DNA from: Firmicutes bacterium ADurb.Bin248
Lineage (GTDB): Bacteria > Bacillota > Clostridia > Christensenellales > CAG-138
Assembly: GCA_002069725.1 (NCBI GenBank)
Contig: MWBW01000001.1
Coordinates: 56,583-120,582 of the forward strand
Reading direction: 5' to 3'
Length of the DNA stretch: 64,000 nucleotides
Shown: piece by piece, positions 27,695 to 36,734 of the stretch
How the letters are laid out: each line of letters starts with the position of its first letter
How positions within the stretch are numbered: position 1 is the first letter of the stretch
Notes under the pieces: generated by a model
Database searches by the model: none
The model's input: the letters and a program-made list of their open reading frames with translations, nothing else
Told to the model about the DNA's origin: nothing
Made by a program: the position numbers and the translations under genes

Positions 27695-27980
27695 CTCCGG
27701 GGACGGTTTTCGGTGAAAGAGGGTAGTGAAAGTCAAAGGCGGCCGCTGCCGCTTTTCGGAAGATGACCTGCCGGAAGCTGCCGAGAACCGTCGCCGACGC
27801 CCGAACAAACAGAGTTCCCCGCCCGCAGGCGGCGTTTTATGCTCCGGGGACGGCTCTCAGTAAAAGAGGGTGGTGAAAGTCAAAGGCGGTCGCTGCCGCT
27901 TTTCGGAAAATGACCTGCCGGAAACTGCCGAGAACCGGCGCTCGAAGGAAAAGAGTTCCCCGCCCGCAGGCGGCGTTTCT
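27695..27980 (+). repeat. Tandem duplication, 2 x about 147 bp, each unit ending in a family-A hairpin
   Basis: Units start CTCCGGGGACGG at 27695 and 27842. They share ...GTGAAAGTCAAAGGCGG(C/T)CGCTGCCGCTTTTCGGAA.ATGACCTGCCGGAA.CTGCCGAGAACCG...GTTCCCCGCCCGCAGGCGGCGTT. Confidence 0.8.
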
Positions 27981-28020
27981 TGTCCCCGATTGTCAATTGT
28001 CCATTGTCAATTGTCCATTG
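27955..28020 (-). repeat. Family-A repeat, inverted relative to 27495-27550
   Basis: GTTCCCCGCCCGCAGGCGGCGTT ... GATTGTCAATTGTCCATTGTCAATTGTCCATTG. The head contains the stop codon of the 28007..29374 gene. Confidence 0.75.
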
Positions 28021-29374
28021 CTTTCAGCGCCGCGTTCGTCAGCTGCCGCATCTCCTCGTCGCCGACGGCGTCGGTGCGCCCGGTCAGGAACATCGCGTCC
28101 ACGGCTTGTTTGACGCTGCGCACGACGGGGGAGGTTTTGTCGAGCGAGAGGCCGAAGTGCCGGTTGATCCAGAACGTCACGCCCGCGGCGCCGCTTCGCG
28201 CGTCGACGACGACCTCGTTTTCGCGCCCGAGGAGCGATCGCGTGTCGAATATCGAGTAGATGCGCTCGTCCTTCAGCAGGCCGTCCGCATGGACGCCCGC
28301 GCGCGTCGTGCAGAAACCGTCGCCCACGAAGGGCGTTTGCGGGGGAATGGCGTAGCCGAGCTCGCGCTTGAAGTATTCGGCGATCTTCGTGAGCGCCGGG
28401 AGGTTCATTCCGCCGCTCGCGCCGCGAAGCTGGCAGTATTCCATGACCATCGCCTCGAGCGGCACGTTGCCCGTGCGTTCGCCTATGCCCAGCAGGCAGC
28501 AGTTGACCGCGGCCGCGCCGTAGAGCCACGCGGCGGAGGCGTTGGCCACGCCCATGTGGAAGTCGTTGTGCCCGTGCCACTCGAGCTGCGCGCACGGCAC
28601 GCCCGAAACGGTGCGAAGCGCGTGGAGTATGCCCGGCACGCTCCGGGGCAGCGCCGCGCCCGGATATGGAACGCCGACGCCGAGCGTGTCGCAGCAGCGG
28701 ATTTTGATGGACACGCCGGACTCGCGCGCGAGCTTCATCAGTTCGTCCGCGAAGGGCAGCACGAAGCCCGCGATGTCCGCGCGCGTGACGTCCTCGAGGT
28801 GGCAGCGCGGCCTGATGCCGCGCGCGAGCGCCATCTTGACGACGGAGAGATACTTCTCCATCGCCTGCGCGCGCGTGAGGCGGAGCTTGTGGAAGATGTG
28901 GTAATCCGAGCAGGAGGTCAGTATGCCGGTTTCCGATATGCCCAGATCGCGCACGAGGTCGAAATCCTCCTTCGTCGCGCGAATCCACGAGGTGATCTCA
29001 GGGAAGCGATGGCCCCGCTCGCGGCAGAGAGCCAGCGCGCGCCTGTCCTCGGGCGTATAGACGAAGAATTCACATTGCCGCACGATGCCCTTCGGCCCGC
29101 CCAGCTCGTGCATCAGCTCGTAGAGGCCGCGCACCTGCCCGGCCGTGAACGGCGCGCGCGCCTGCTGCCCGTCGCGAAAGGTCGTGTCGGTGATGAAGAT
29201 CTCCTCCGGCACGCGCATGGGGATTTCCCCCGCGCCGAAAGCGACCCTTGGCACCTCGCGGTAGGGGAAAAGCTCGGGATAGAGGTTGGCCTCGTCCGCG
29301 TCCCGCGCGGCGCGCTCCTTCGCGCGCACATGAAGCAGATTTGTGTCGTCGTCGAAAACAAGCCCGTCCGTCAT
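28007..29374 (-). CDS. HMGL-like family synthase (Re-citrate synthase / homocitrate synthase-like)
   Basis: FITDTTFRDGQQA and HGHNDFHMG motifs of the isopropylmalate/homocitrate synthase family. 455 aa without a LeuA regulatory domain. Confidence 0.65.
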   Translation of the reverse strand: MTDGLVFDDDTNLLHVRAKERAARDADEANLYPELFPYREVPRVAFGAGEIPMRVPEEIFITDTTFRDGQQARAPFTAGQVRGLYELMHELGGPKGIVRQCEFFVYTPEDRRALALCRERGHRFPEITSWIRATKEDFDLVRDLGISETGILTSCSDYHIFHKLRLTRAQAMEKYLSVVKMALARGIRPRCHLEDVTRADIAGFVLPFADELMKLARESGVSIKIRCCDTLGVGVPYPGAALPRSVPGILHALRTVSGVPCAQLEWHGHNDFHMGVANASAAWLYGAAAVNCCLLGIGERTGNVPLEAMVMEYCQLRGASGGMNLPALTKIAEYFKRELGYAIPPQTPFVGDGFCTTRAGVHADGLLKDERIYSIFDTRSLLGRENEVVVDARSGAAGVTFWINRHFGLSLDKTSPVVRSVKQAVDAMFLTGRTDAVGDEEMRQLTNAALKAMDN

Positions 29375-29511
29375 ATTGCGCCTCCTTTGTATTTACGTAT
29401 CCATGTATACGTGTATACAATTTATAAGCCATATTATACGCGCGGCGCGGGATTTGTCAAGCGCCGAACCGGAGGCTTGCGCGAGGAACCGCGGGGTGCT
29501 ACACTGCTCCC

Positions 29512-30489
29512 ATGAACGCATTGTATTTTGGCGATTCCTTCGATCCGTGGCGCAACCTCGCCGCGGAGGAAATCATGTTCGACGAGCCTGACGACGCTAT
29601 GACGCTCTACCTGTGGCAGAACGCGAACACAGTCGTCGTCGGCCGCAACCAGAACGCCTGGAGGGAGTGCCGCGCGGCGCTGCTCGAGCAAGAAGGCGGC
29701 AGGCTTGCGCGGCGCACGACGGGCGGCGGCGCGGTCTACCACGATTTGGGCAACCTCAACTTCAGCTTCGCCTGCAAGCGGGAGGCCTACGACCTCGCGC
29801 GGCAGACATCGGTGATACTCGAAGCCGTGCGCGCGCTCGGCGTGGACGCGATGTTCTCCGGGCGAAACGACCTTGTGACCTCCGACGGGGCGAAGTTCTC
29901 GGGCAACGCGTTCCGCTTCACGAAGCATTCGGCGCTGCAGCACGGCACGCTGCTCGTGAACGTCGAGATGGACAGGCTCGCGCGCTACCTCGCGCCCTCT
30001 CCGGAAAAGCTTCGCAGCAAGGGCGTGGAGAGCGTGCGCGCGCGCGTGAAGAACCTTTCGGAATACGGGCCGCACATCACGGTAAAGAGCGTGCGCGACG
30101 CTGTCGCCAACGCGTTTTTCGGGGAATACGGCGCGTATGAAGTCCGTGCGGTCGAGGAGTTCGACGCGCAAAAGCTCGCGCGGCTTTACGAGCGGAACGC
30201 CTCGTGGGAATGGCGCATGGGCGCGACGCCGCAGTTCGACGCGTCGCTCGAAACACGCTTCGCCTGGGGCGCGCTCGAGGTGCAGCTCTCGGTCGAAAAC
30301 GGCCGCGTCGCGCGCGCGGCGGTCTATTCGGACGCCATGGACGAGGCGTTCATACGCAAGCTCGCGCCGGCGCTCGCGGGCGCGCGGCTCGAGGGGAGCG
30401 CGCTCGCCGAGCGGATTCAAAAAATCGGATGTGAAAACCTGGAAATTGCGGCAGACATTACGGCGTGGCTCTCGTCGAAAACGTTTTGA
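29512..30489 (+). CDS. lplA: Lipoate-protein ligase A
   Basis: RRTTGGGAVYHDLGN and KFSGNA lipoyl-AMP motifs; 325 aa. Confidence 0.85.
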   Translation: MNALYFGDSFDPWRNLAAEEIMFDEPDDAMTLYLWQNANTVVVGRNQNAWRECRAALLEQEGGRLARRTTGGGAVYHDLGNLNFSFACKREAYDLARQTSVILEAVRALGVDAMFSGRNDLVTSDGAKFSGNAFRFTKHSALQHGTLLVNVEMDRLARYLAPSPEKLRSKGVESVRARVKNLSEYGPHITVKSVRDAVANAFFGEYGAYEVRAVEEFDAQKLARLYERNASWEWRMGATPQFDASLETRFAWGALEVQLSVENGRVARAAVYSDAMDEAFIRKLAPALAGARLEGSALAERIQKIGCENLEIAADITAWLSSKTF

Positions 30490-30553
30490 CCGGCCGCATA
30501 GCGCGTTCCTTTTCGGGCACACTAAGCTCAGTCAATGAACAGGAGGATGCGTA

Positions 30554-30730
30554 ATGTCCGGTAAGAGAGCAGGAACCCAGACCATTGGCTGCCGCGTTAC
30601 CAGTTGTCGCTACAACAGCGAGGGGAGCGGATGTTCGCTTTCCAAAATCGAGGTCGAGCCTTCACCCAATTGCCATAGCGGCGAGGCGTGTGACGAAAGC
30701 CTTTGCGGAAGCTACGTATCTCGCAACTGA
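30554..30730 (+). CDS. DUF1540-like Cys-rich small protein (58 aa)
   Basis: RBS AGGAGG. MSGKRAGTQTIGCRVTSCRYNSEGSGCSLSKIEVEPSPNCHSGEACDESLCGSY... Below the track cut-off. Confidence 0.6.
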   Translation: MSGKRAGTQTIGCRVTSCRYNSEGSGCSLSKIEVEPSPNCHSGEACDESLCGSYVSRN

Positions 30731-30743
30731 CGCGGTAAAAAAG

Positions 30744-30771
30744 AGGAGGGGCAATACGCTCCTCCTTTTTT
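30744..30771 (+). terminator. Rho-independent terminator
   Basis: AGGAGGGGC-AATAC-GCTCCTCCT followed by TTTTT. Confidence 0.7.
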
Positions 30772-30827
30772 ATGTCCGCATGCGGCGGATTTACTGGAAT
30801 TCCATGTTTCGGGCGTCCGGATTTCAA

Positions 30828-30856
30828 TTGTCATTTATGTTTCAATATGCTAAAAT
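30828..30856 (+). promoter_or_regulatory. Sigma-A-type promoter for the ABC ATPase gene
   Basis: TTGTCA, 17-nt spacer, TG-n-TAAAAT (extended -10). Followed by a leader of about 185 nt. Confidence 0.5.
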
Positions 30857-31041
30857 CCGTATTAAATAACAACGCGCGGCGCTACTCCACAAAATAGCCC
30901 GCAGACGTTGGAAAAAGGAGGCCGTTCCAACCGCGCGGGCTCGCGGTGCGGCAGTGTGGAGACCTGCCGTAATGCGCGTCGTATCAATTTTGCGCGCGCG
31001 AGGCGTATTCCGCGGAGGCGGGTGCGCCGGAGCCCGGATGT

Positions 31042-32235
<1,194 letters not shown>

Positions 32236-32253
32236 TCGAAACTTATTGAAACC

Positions 32254-32441
32254 CCGGGGATTGTCAAGGGGCCGCGGCCCCTTGACTTTCATTCCGGCTT
32301 TGACGACACGCGCGTCAAAACGGATGAAAGCCGTAGGCGTTCGTACCTTTCACGCTTTGCCGCTCGGAAATACCGCAGTATTTTGGGCAAAGCGTGCAGT
32401 CTAAAAAAAAGCGGCTTTGTCGCTTTTTTGAAAGCGAAGCG
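32254..32441 (+). repeat. Family-B structured repeat, copy 1
   Basis: GGGGATTGTCAAGGGGCCGCGGCCCCTTGAC... Shares four helices with the copies at 48087 and 53238. Lies between the msmX-like stop and a terminator. Confidence 0.75.
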
Positions 32442-32447
32442 CAGCGC

Positions 32448-32476
32448 GGGGCGGATTCGTTCCGCCCCGTTTTTTT
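32448..32476 (+). terminator. Rho-independent terminator
   Basis: GGGGCGGA-TTCGT-TCCGCCCC followed by GTTTTTTT. Confidence 0.75.
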
Positions 32477-32494
32477 GAAAGGAAACGGCAGAAT

Positions 32495-33007
32495 ATGGAC
32501 ATCTCTCCCCGCGAACGGGAAACGCTCGCCCTGCTCGACGCCCGCGGCGTATCGTATGCGCGCATCGAACATCCCCTCGCGTTGACCATGCGGGATTGCG
32601 AGGCCGTGGGCGCACAGCTCGGCGCGCGCCACTTCAAAAACCTGTTCCTCGTCAACCGGCGGGGCACGGAGTTTTATTTGCTGCTCATCGCGGCGCAAAA
32701 GTCGTTCCGCACGGCGGAAATGTCAAAGCGGCTCGGCGTGTCGCGGCTGTCGTTCGCCACGAACGCGCAGCTTATGGAAAAGCTCGGCCTCCTGCCCGGC
32801 AGCGTCACGCCGCTCGCGCTGGCCCGCCCCGGCGCGCGGGACGTGACTGTCGTCATCGACCGGGAAATACTCGATATGGGCCTCGTCTGCGTCCATCCCT
32901 GCGCCTCGACGGCCTCGCTCGCGCTTGAATGGCGCGACGTGCTCGCCTTCATCGAAAGCTGCGGCAACCGCGCGGTGGTTCTGGATATCGCGGACGCGCC
33001 GGTTTGA
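32495..33007 (+). CDS. YbaK/ProX-type aminoacyl-tRNA deacylase
   Basis: 170 aa. KNLFL...G..TPL motifs typical of the YbaK/EbsC family. Confidence 0.75.
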   Translation: MDISPRERETLALLDARGVSYARIEHPLALTMRDCEAVGAQLGARHFKNLFLVNRRGTEFYLLLIAAQKSFRTAEMSKRLGVSRLSFATNAQLMEKLGLLPGSVTPLALARPGARDVTVVIDREILDMGLVCVHPCASTASLALEWRDVLAFIESCGNRAVVLDIADAPV

Positions 33008-33075
33008 CAAGCCCCCATGCGCGCTCCTATAATGAGCGTAGCGGCATCTCCATCCCCCGTTAAGGAGCGTTTGGT

Positions 33076-34167
33076 ATGAAACTCGGCGTCGTCGGCTTGC
33101 CCAACGTGGGCAAATCTACACTGTTCAACGCCATCACGCGCGCGGGCGCGGCGGCGGCGAACTATCCTTTTTGCACCATAGAGCCCAACGTGGGCATCGT
33201 CGCCGTGCCGGACGAGCGGCTCGACGTGCTCGCGGCAATGTATTCCCCCGAGAAGTACACGCCCACGGCCATCGAGTTCGTGGACATCGCGGGCCTCGTC
33301 AGGGACGCGCACAAAGGCGAGGGCCTCGGCAACAAGTTCCTCTCGCACATACGCGAGGTGGACGCCGTCGTCCACGTCGTGCGCTGCTTCGAGGGCGGCA
33401 ACGTCGTGCACGTCGACGGCTCGGTGAGCCCCGCGCGGGATGTGGAAACCATCGAAATCGAGCTGATCTTCGCCGACCTCGAGACCGTCGAGCGCCGCGC
33501 GGAGCGCGCGAGGAAGGCCAGCAAGTCGGGCGACAAGGCCGTCGCCGCGGAGGCGGATTTTTACGAGGCCATCAAGGCCTGGCTCGAGGCGGGCAAGCCC
33601 GTGCGCACCATGCCCATGGACGAGAAGCAGGCGGAGTTCGCAAAAAGCCTGTTCCTTCTCACGACAAAGCCCGTCATCTATGTGGCCAACATCGCCGAGG
33701 GCGACATCGGCATGCCCGACAACGCGCATGTTCGCGCCGTAAAGCAGATCGCGGCCGCCGAGGGCGCGGAGGCCGTCGTCATTTGCGCCAGGGTCGAGGA
33801 GGAGATCGCCGAGCTTTCCCGCGAGGAGAAAGAGGCGTTCATCGAGGAGCTGGGCATAGGCGAGAGCGGCCTCGACAAGCTCGTGCGCGCGTGCTACAAG
33901 CTGCTCGGGCTTATCAGTTTCCTGACCGCGGGGCCTAAGGAGGTGCGCGCGTGGACCATAGAGCGCGGCACGAAGGCGCCGCAGGCCGCGGGCAAGATCC
34001 ACACGGACTTCGAGCGTGGCTTCATCCGCGCGGAAATCGTGCCGTTCGAAACGCTCAGGCAGTTCGGCTCCATGCAATCCTGCAAGGAGAAAGGGCTCGT
34101 GCGCAGCGAGGGCAAGGATTACGTCATGCAGGACGGCGACGTGACGCTGTTCCGGTTTAACGTGTAG
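33076..34167 (+). CDS. ychF: Redox-regulated ATPase YchF
   Basis: [10 protein letters not shown]-loop, a 363-aa OBG-family protein with a TGS-like C-terminus. Confidence 0.95.
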   Translation: MKLGVVGLPNVGKSTLFNAITRAGAAAANYPFCTIEPNVGIVAVPDERLDVLAAMYSPEKYTPTAIEFVDIAGLVRDAHKGEGLGNKFLSHIREVDAVVHVVRCFEGGNVVHVDGSVSPARDVETIEIELIFADLETVERRAERARKASKSGDKAVAAEADFYEAIKAWLEAGKPVRTMPMDEKQAEFAKSLFLLTTKPVIYVANIAEGDIGMPDNAHVRAVKQIAAAEGAEAVVICARVEEEIAELSREEKEAFIEELGIGESGLDKLVRACYKLLGLISFLTAGPKEVRAWTIERGTKAPQAAGKIHTDFERGFIRAEIVPFETLRQFGSMQSCKEKGLVRSEGKDYVMQDGDVTLFRFNV

Positions 34168-34168
34168 G

Positions 34169-34290
34169 GCAATTGACAATTGAAAATTGACAATTGACAA
34201 TCAGAGAACGCCGCCTGCGGGCGGGGCACGGAGCAATTGACAATTGAAAATTGACAATTGACAATCAGAGAACGCCGCCTGCGGGCGGGG
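34169..34290 (+). repeat. Family-A repeat, two tandem full units (period 64 bp)
   Basis: Twice: GCAATTGACAATTGAAAATTGACAATTGACAATCAGAGAACGCCGCCTGCGGGCGGGG. Starts 2 nt after the ychF stop. Confidence 0.9.
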
Positions 34291-34348
34291 TTTCGTGCGG
34301 GGACGGATTCCGAGGGCCGCATCCGCCCGCGCTTTGCCGGGAGAAAAC

Positions 34349-35473
34349 ATGGATCTTCGCATCAAGGTATTCCTCCGAAAAAATCCGTACGATACCTCCC
34401 GCGTGTCGCCGCATTTCGTCGCGGCGGCGCGGGAAAACCTGCGCTTCCACGCGCGGCGCTGCCCGGAATACGCGAAGCTTCTCGCTTCTTTTGATTTTGA
34501 TCCCGATTCGCTGAAAACGGAGGACGATCTCCCCCGCATACCGCCGCTGCCCACGCTCTTTCTCAAGCGGCACAAACTTCTGAGCGTTCCCGAGGAAAAA
34601 ATCGTGCTTCGCGCGGCCTCGTCCGGCACGAGCGGGGCGCGCAGCGCACTCGCTTTCGACGCGGCGAGCTATCGTTTGGGCGCAGGCGCGCTCGTCAGGC
34701 TGTTCGGCTATCTCGGCCTCATCTCGGCGGTTCCCGCCAACTATGTCGTATTGAGCTATCCGCCCGGCGAGGGCATGGAGCTTGGCGCGGCGAAAACCGC
34801 GCTTGGCGCGACGCGCTTCGCGCCCGCGCTCTCGCGCATCTACGCGCTCAGGCGGGACGGAGGCGGCTATGCGCCCGATATCGAGGGCGTCGCCGCGGCG
34901 CTCTCGCGCTTCGCAAAGGAGCCCTTCCCCGTGCGCTTCACGGGCTTCCCGGCGTATCTGTACGCGCTGTGCGGCATGATGGAGGCGTGCGGCATGGCGC
35001 TCAAATTGCCGCGCGGCTCGCTCGCGCTTCTCGGCGGCGGCTTCAAGGGAATGGACGCTGACGCGCAGGCGCTGCGCCCGCTCGCGGAACGCGCGCTCGG
35101 GCTGCCGCGCGAACGCATCTTCGAGTTCTTCAGCGCGGCGGAGCATCCGCTGGCGTATTACAAATGCAAAAACGGGCATTTCCACATCCCCGCGTACAGC
35201 CGCGTCTACATCCGCGGCGCGGACGGGATATCCGTGCTGCCCGACGGGGAGGCGGGGCTTTTGAGCTTCGTGTCGCCCTTGGTCACGAGCATGCCGCTCC
35301 TCTCGCTCATGACGGACGACGTGGCCGTCCGCTCTGCCGGCGGCTGCGGCTGCGGCATCGAGTCGCCTTACTTCGCGCTGCTCGGGCGCGCGGGCGGCTC
35401 GGGCGTCGTCACCTGCGCCGCCAACGCCGCGCAGACGCTCGCGGGCGGGGAAGGAGGGGACAAGCGTGTTTGA
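34349..35473 (+). CDS. LuxE-like acyl-protein synthetase / adenylate-forming enzyme
   Basis: Starts MDLRIKVF with RBS GGGAGA. ...DDLPRIPPLPTLFLKRHKL... and the overall pattern resemble the LuxE family. Confidence 0.65.
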   Translation: MDLRIKVFLRKNPYDTSRVSPHFVAAARENLRFHARRCPEYAKLLASFDFDPDSLKTEDDLPRIPPLPTLFLKRHKLLSVPEEKIVLRAASSGTSGARSALAFDAASYRLGAGALVRLFGYLGLISAVPANYVVLSYPPGEGMELGAAKTALGATRFAPALSRIYALRRDGGGYAPDIEGVAAALSRFAKEPFPVRFTGFPAYLYALCGMMEACGMALKLPRGSLALLGGGFKGMDADAQALRPLAERALGLPRERIFEFFSAAEHPLAYYKCKNGHFHIPAYSRVYIRGADGISVLPDGEAGLLSFVSPLVTSMPLLSLMTDDVAVRSAGGCGCGIESPYFALLGRAGGSGVVTCAANAAQTLAGGEGGDKRV

Positions 35474-36722
35474 GGAGCTTTCCCGGTCGATCAACCTCGC
35501 GCTCGCCAAGCCCGTTCCGCCGGTCGATGCCGTGATCGCCGCGTGCGACAGGCTCGCGGGCATGCTCAACGAAGAAACGCACGCCCCGCTGCTCATGCGC
35601 CTGGGCATGGGCCGCGGGAAGGCGCTGTGGGAGCTCGCGCACGCGAAGCGCATGATGAGCAGGCCGTATCTTGAGCAGCGCGTTCGCGCGGAGTTCGGCG
35701 CGGCGGGCATTCCGGGCAGGCGGGAGTACGTGCCTTTGGGAGAAACGCAAACCGTGATCGAGGAGTGGCGGCCGCTCGGCGTGCTCCTTCACATTTCCGC
35801 GGGCAACGCCGACGCTCTGCCGGCCTACTCGGTCATAGAAGGGCTAATCACGGGCAACGTCAACCTGCTCAAACTCCCCGAGGGGGAGAGCGGGCTTTCC
35901 GCGGGCATACTCGAGGCGCTGTGCGCGGCGGAGCCTTGTCTCGCGGACAGGGTACACATACTCGACGTCCGCTCGCGCGAGACGGAGAAGCTCAAAGCCC
36001 TCGCCGTGCTCGCGGACGGCATTGCCCTGTGGGGGTCGGACGAGGCCGTGCGCGCGGTGCGCGCGCTCGCCGAACCGCGGACAAAGCTCATCGAGTGGGG
36101 GAACAGGCTCAGTTTCGCCTACGTTTCGCCGGAAGCAGCCGACGAATTCCTGCGCGGCGTCGCGCGGGACATGGCCTTCACGAACCAGCTCTACTGCTCC
36201 TCCGCGCAGGGCATTTTCGTCGATACGCAGGAGTGGGAGGACGTCCGCCGCATCGCTTCGCGCTTCCTGCCGCTGCTCGAAGCCGAGGCGCGCGATCATC
36301 CCGCGAACCTCGACGCCTTCGCGCGCGCGGGGCTTTCCTTCGGCCTCCTGGCGGATTCTCTCGAGGCGCGCCTTTCGGGTGAGTGGGAGCTCCTTCGCGG
36401 GGAAAATTGCAGCGTCGCGGCGTATCCGGATTTCGCGCTCGCATCTTCCCGGCAATACGCCAACTGCTGGGTGCGGCCGCTGCCGCGCGGGCAGATCATA
36501 GAAAGGCTCCGCCCGCACGCGGGGCTGTTGCAGACCGTGGCGCTTCAGTGCGCGGACGGCGTCCGCGCGCAGGTCGCGCACGCGCTGTTCGCCGCGGGCG
36601 CGGCGCGCGTCACGGACGGCTTTCACATGTCGCAGACCTATTGCGCCATGCCGCGCGACGGAATGCTTCCGCTCTCGCGCTGCATGAAGCGGGTGAGTAT
36701 GGCGCGCGAAAACGGCGTGTGA
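35466..36722 (+). CDS. LuxC-like acyl-CoA reductase
   Basis: GTG start overlaps the upstream stop. LLHISAGNADALPAYSVIEGLITGNVNLLKLP resembles the LuxC signature. Confidence 0.65.
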   Translation: MFEELSRSINLALAKPVPPVDAVIAACDRLAGMLNEETHAPLLMRLGMGRGKALWELAHAKRMMSRPYLEQRVRAEFGAAGIPGRREYVPLGETQTVIEEWRPLGVLLHISAGNADALPAYSVIEGLITGNVNLLKLPEGESGLSAGILEALCAAEPCLADRVHILDVRSRETEKLKALAVLADGIALWGSDEAVRAVRALAEPRTKLIEWGNRLSFAYVSPEAADEFLRGVARDMAFTNQLYCSSAQGIFVDTQEWEDVRRIASRFLPLLEAEARDHPANLDAFARAGLSFGLLADSLEARLSGEWELLRGENCSVAAYPDFALASSRQYANCWVRPLPRGQIIERLRPHAGLLQTVALQCADGVRAQVAHALFAAGAARVTDGFHMSQTYCAMPRDGMLPLSRCMKRVSMARENGV

Positions 36723-36734
36723 TATAATGCCCGC

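Noticed and set aside
27870-28259. ORFs inside the 147-bp tandem duplication (27870..28259, 27910..28113).
   Set aside because: They have no RBS, span repeat units and a family-A hairpin, and run antisense into the synthase gene.
29395-29445. Direct repeat TGTATAC-G-TGTATAC in the divergent synthase/lplA promoter region as an operator.
   Set aside because: It is a single occurrence with no partner regulator nearby and no second copy in the window, so the evidence is too thin to call.
34169-34290. Heptamer arrays as clusters of sigma-A -35 boxes (TTGACA forward, TTGTCA reverse).
   Set aside because: No TATAAT-like -10 lies 16-18 nt downstream of any array. The arrays mostly follow stop codons rather than precede genes. 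A promoter role cannot be excluded but is unsupported.
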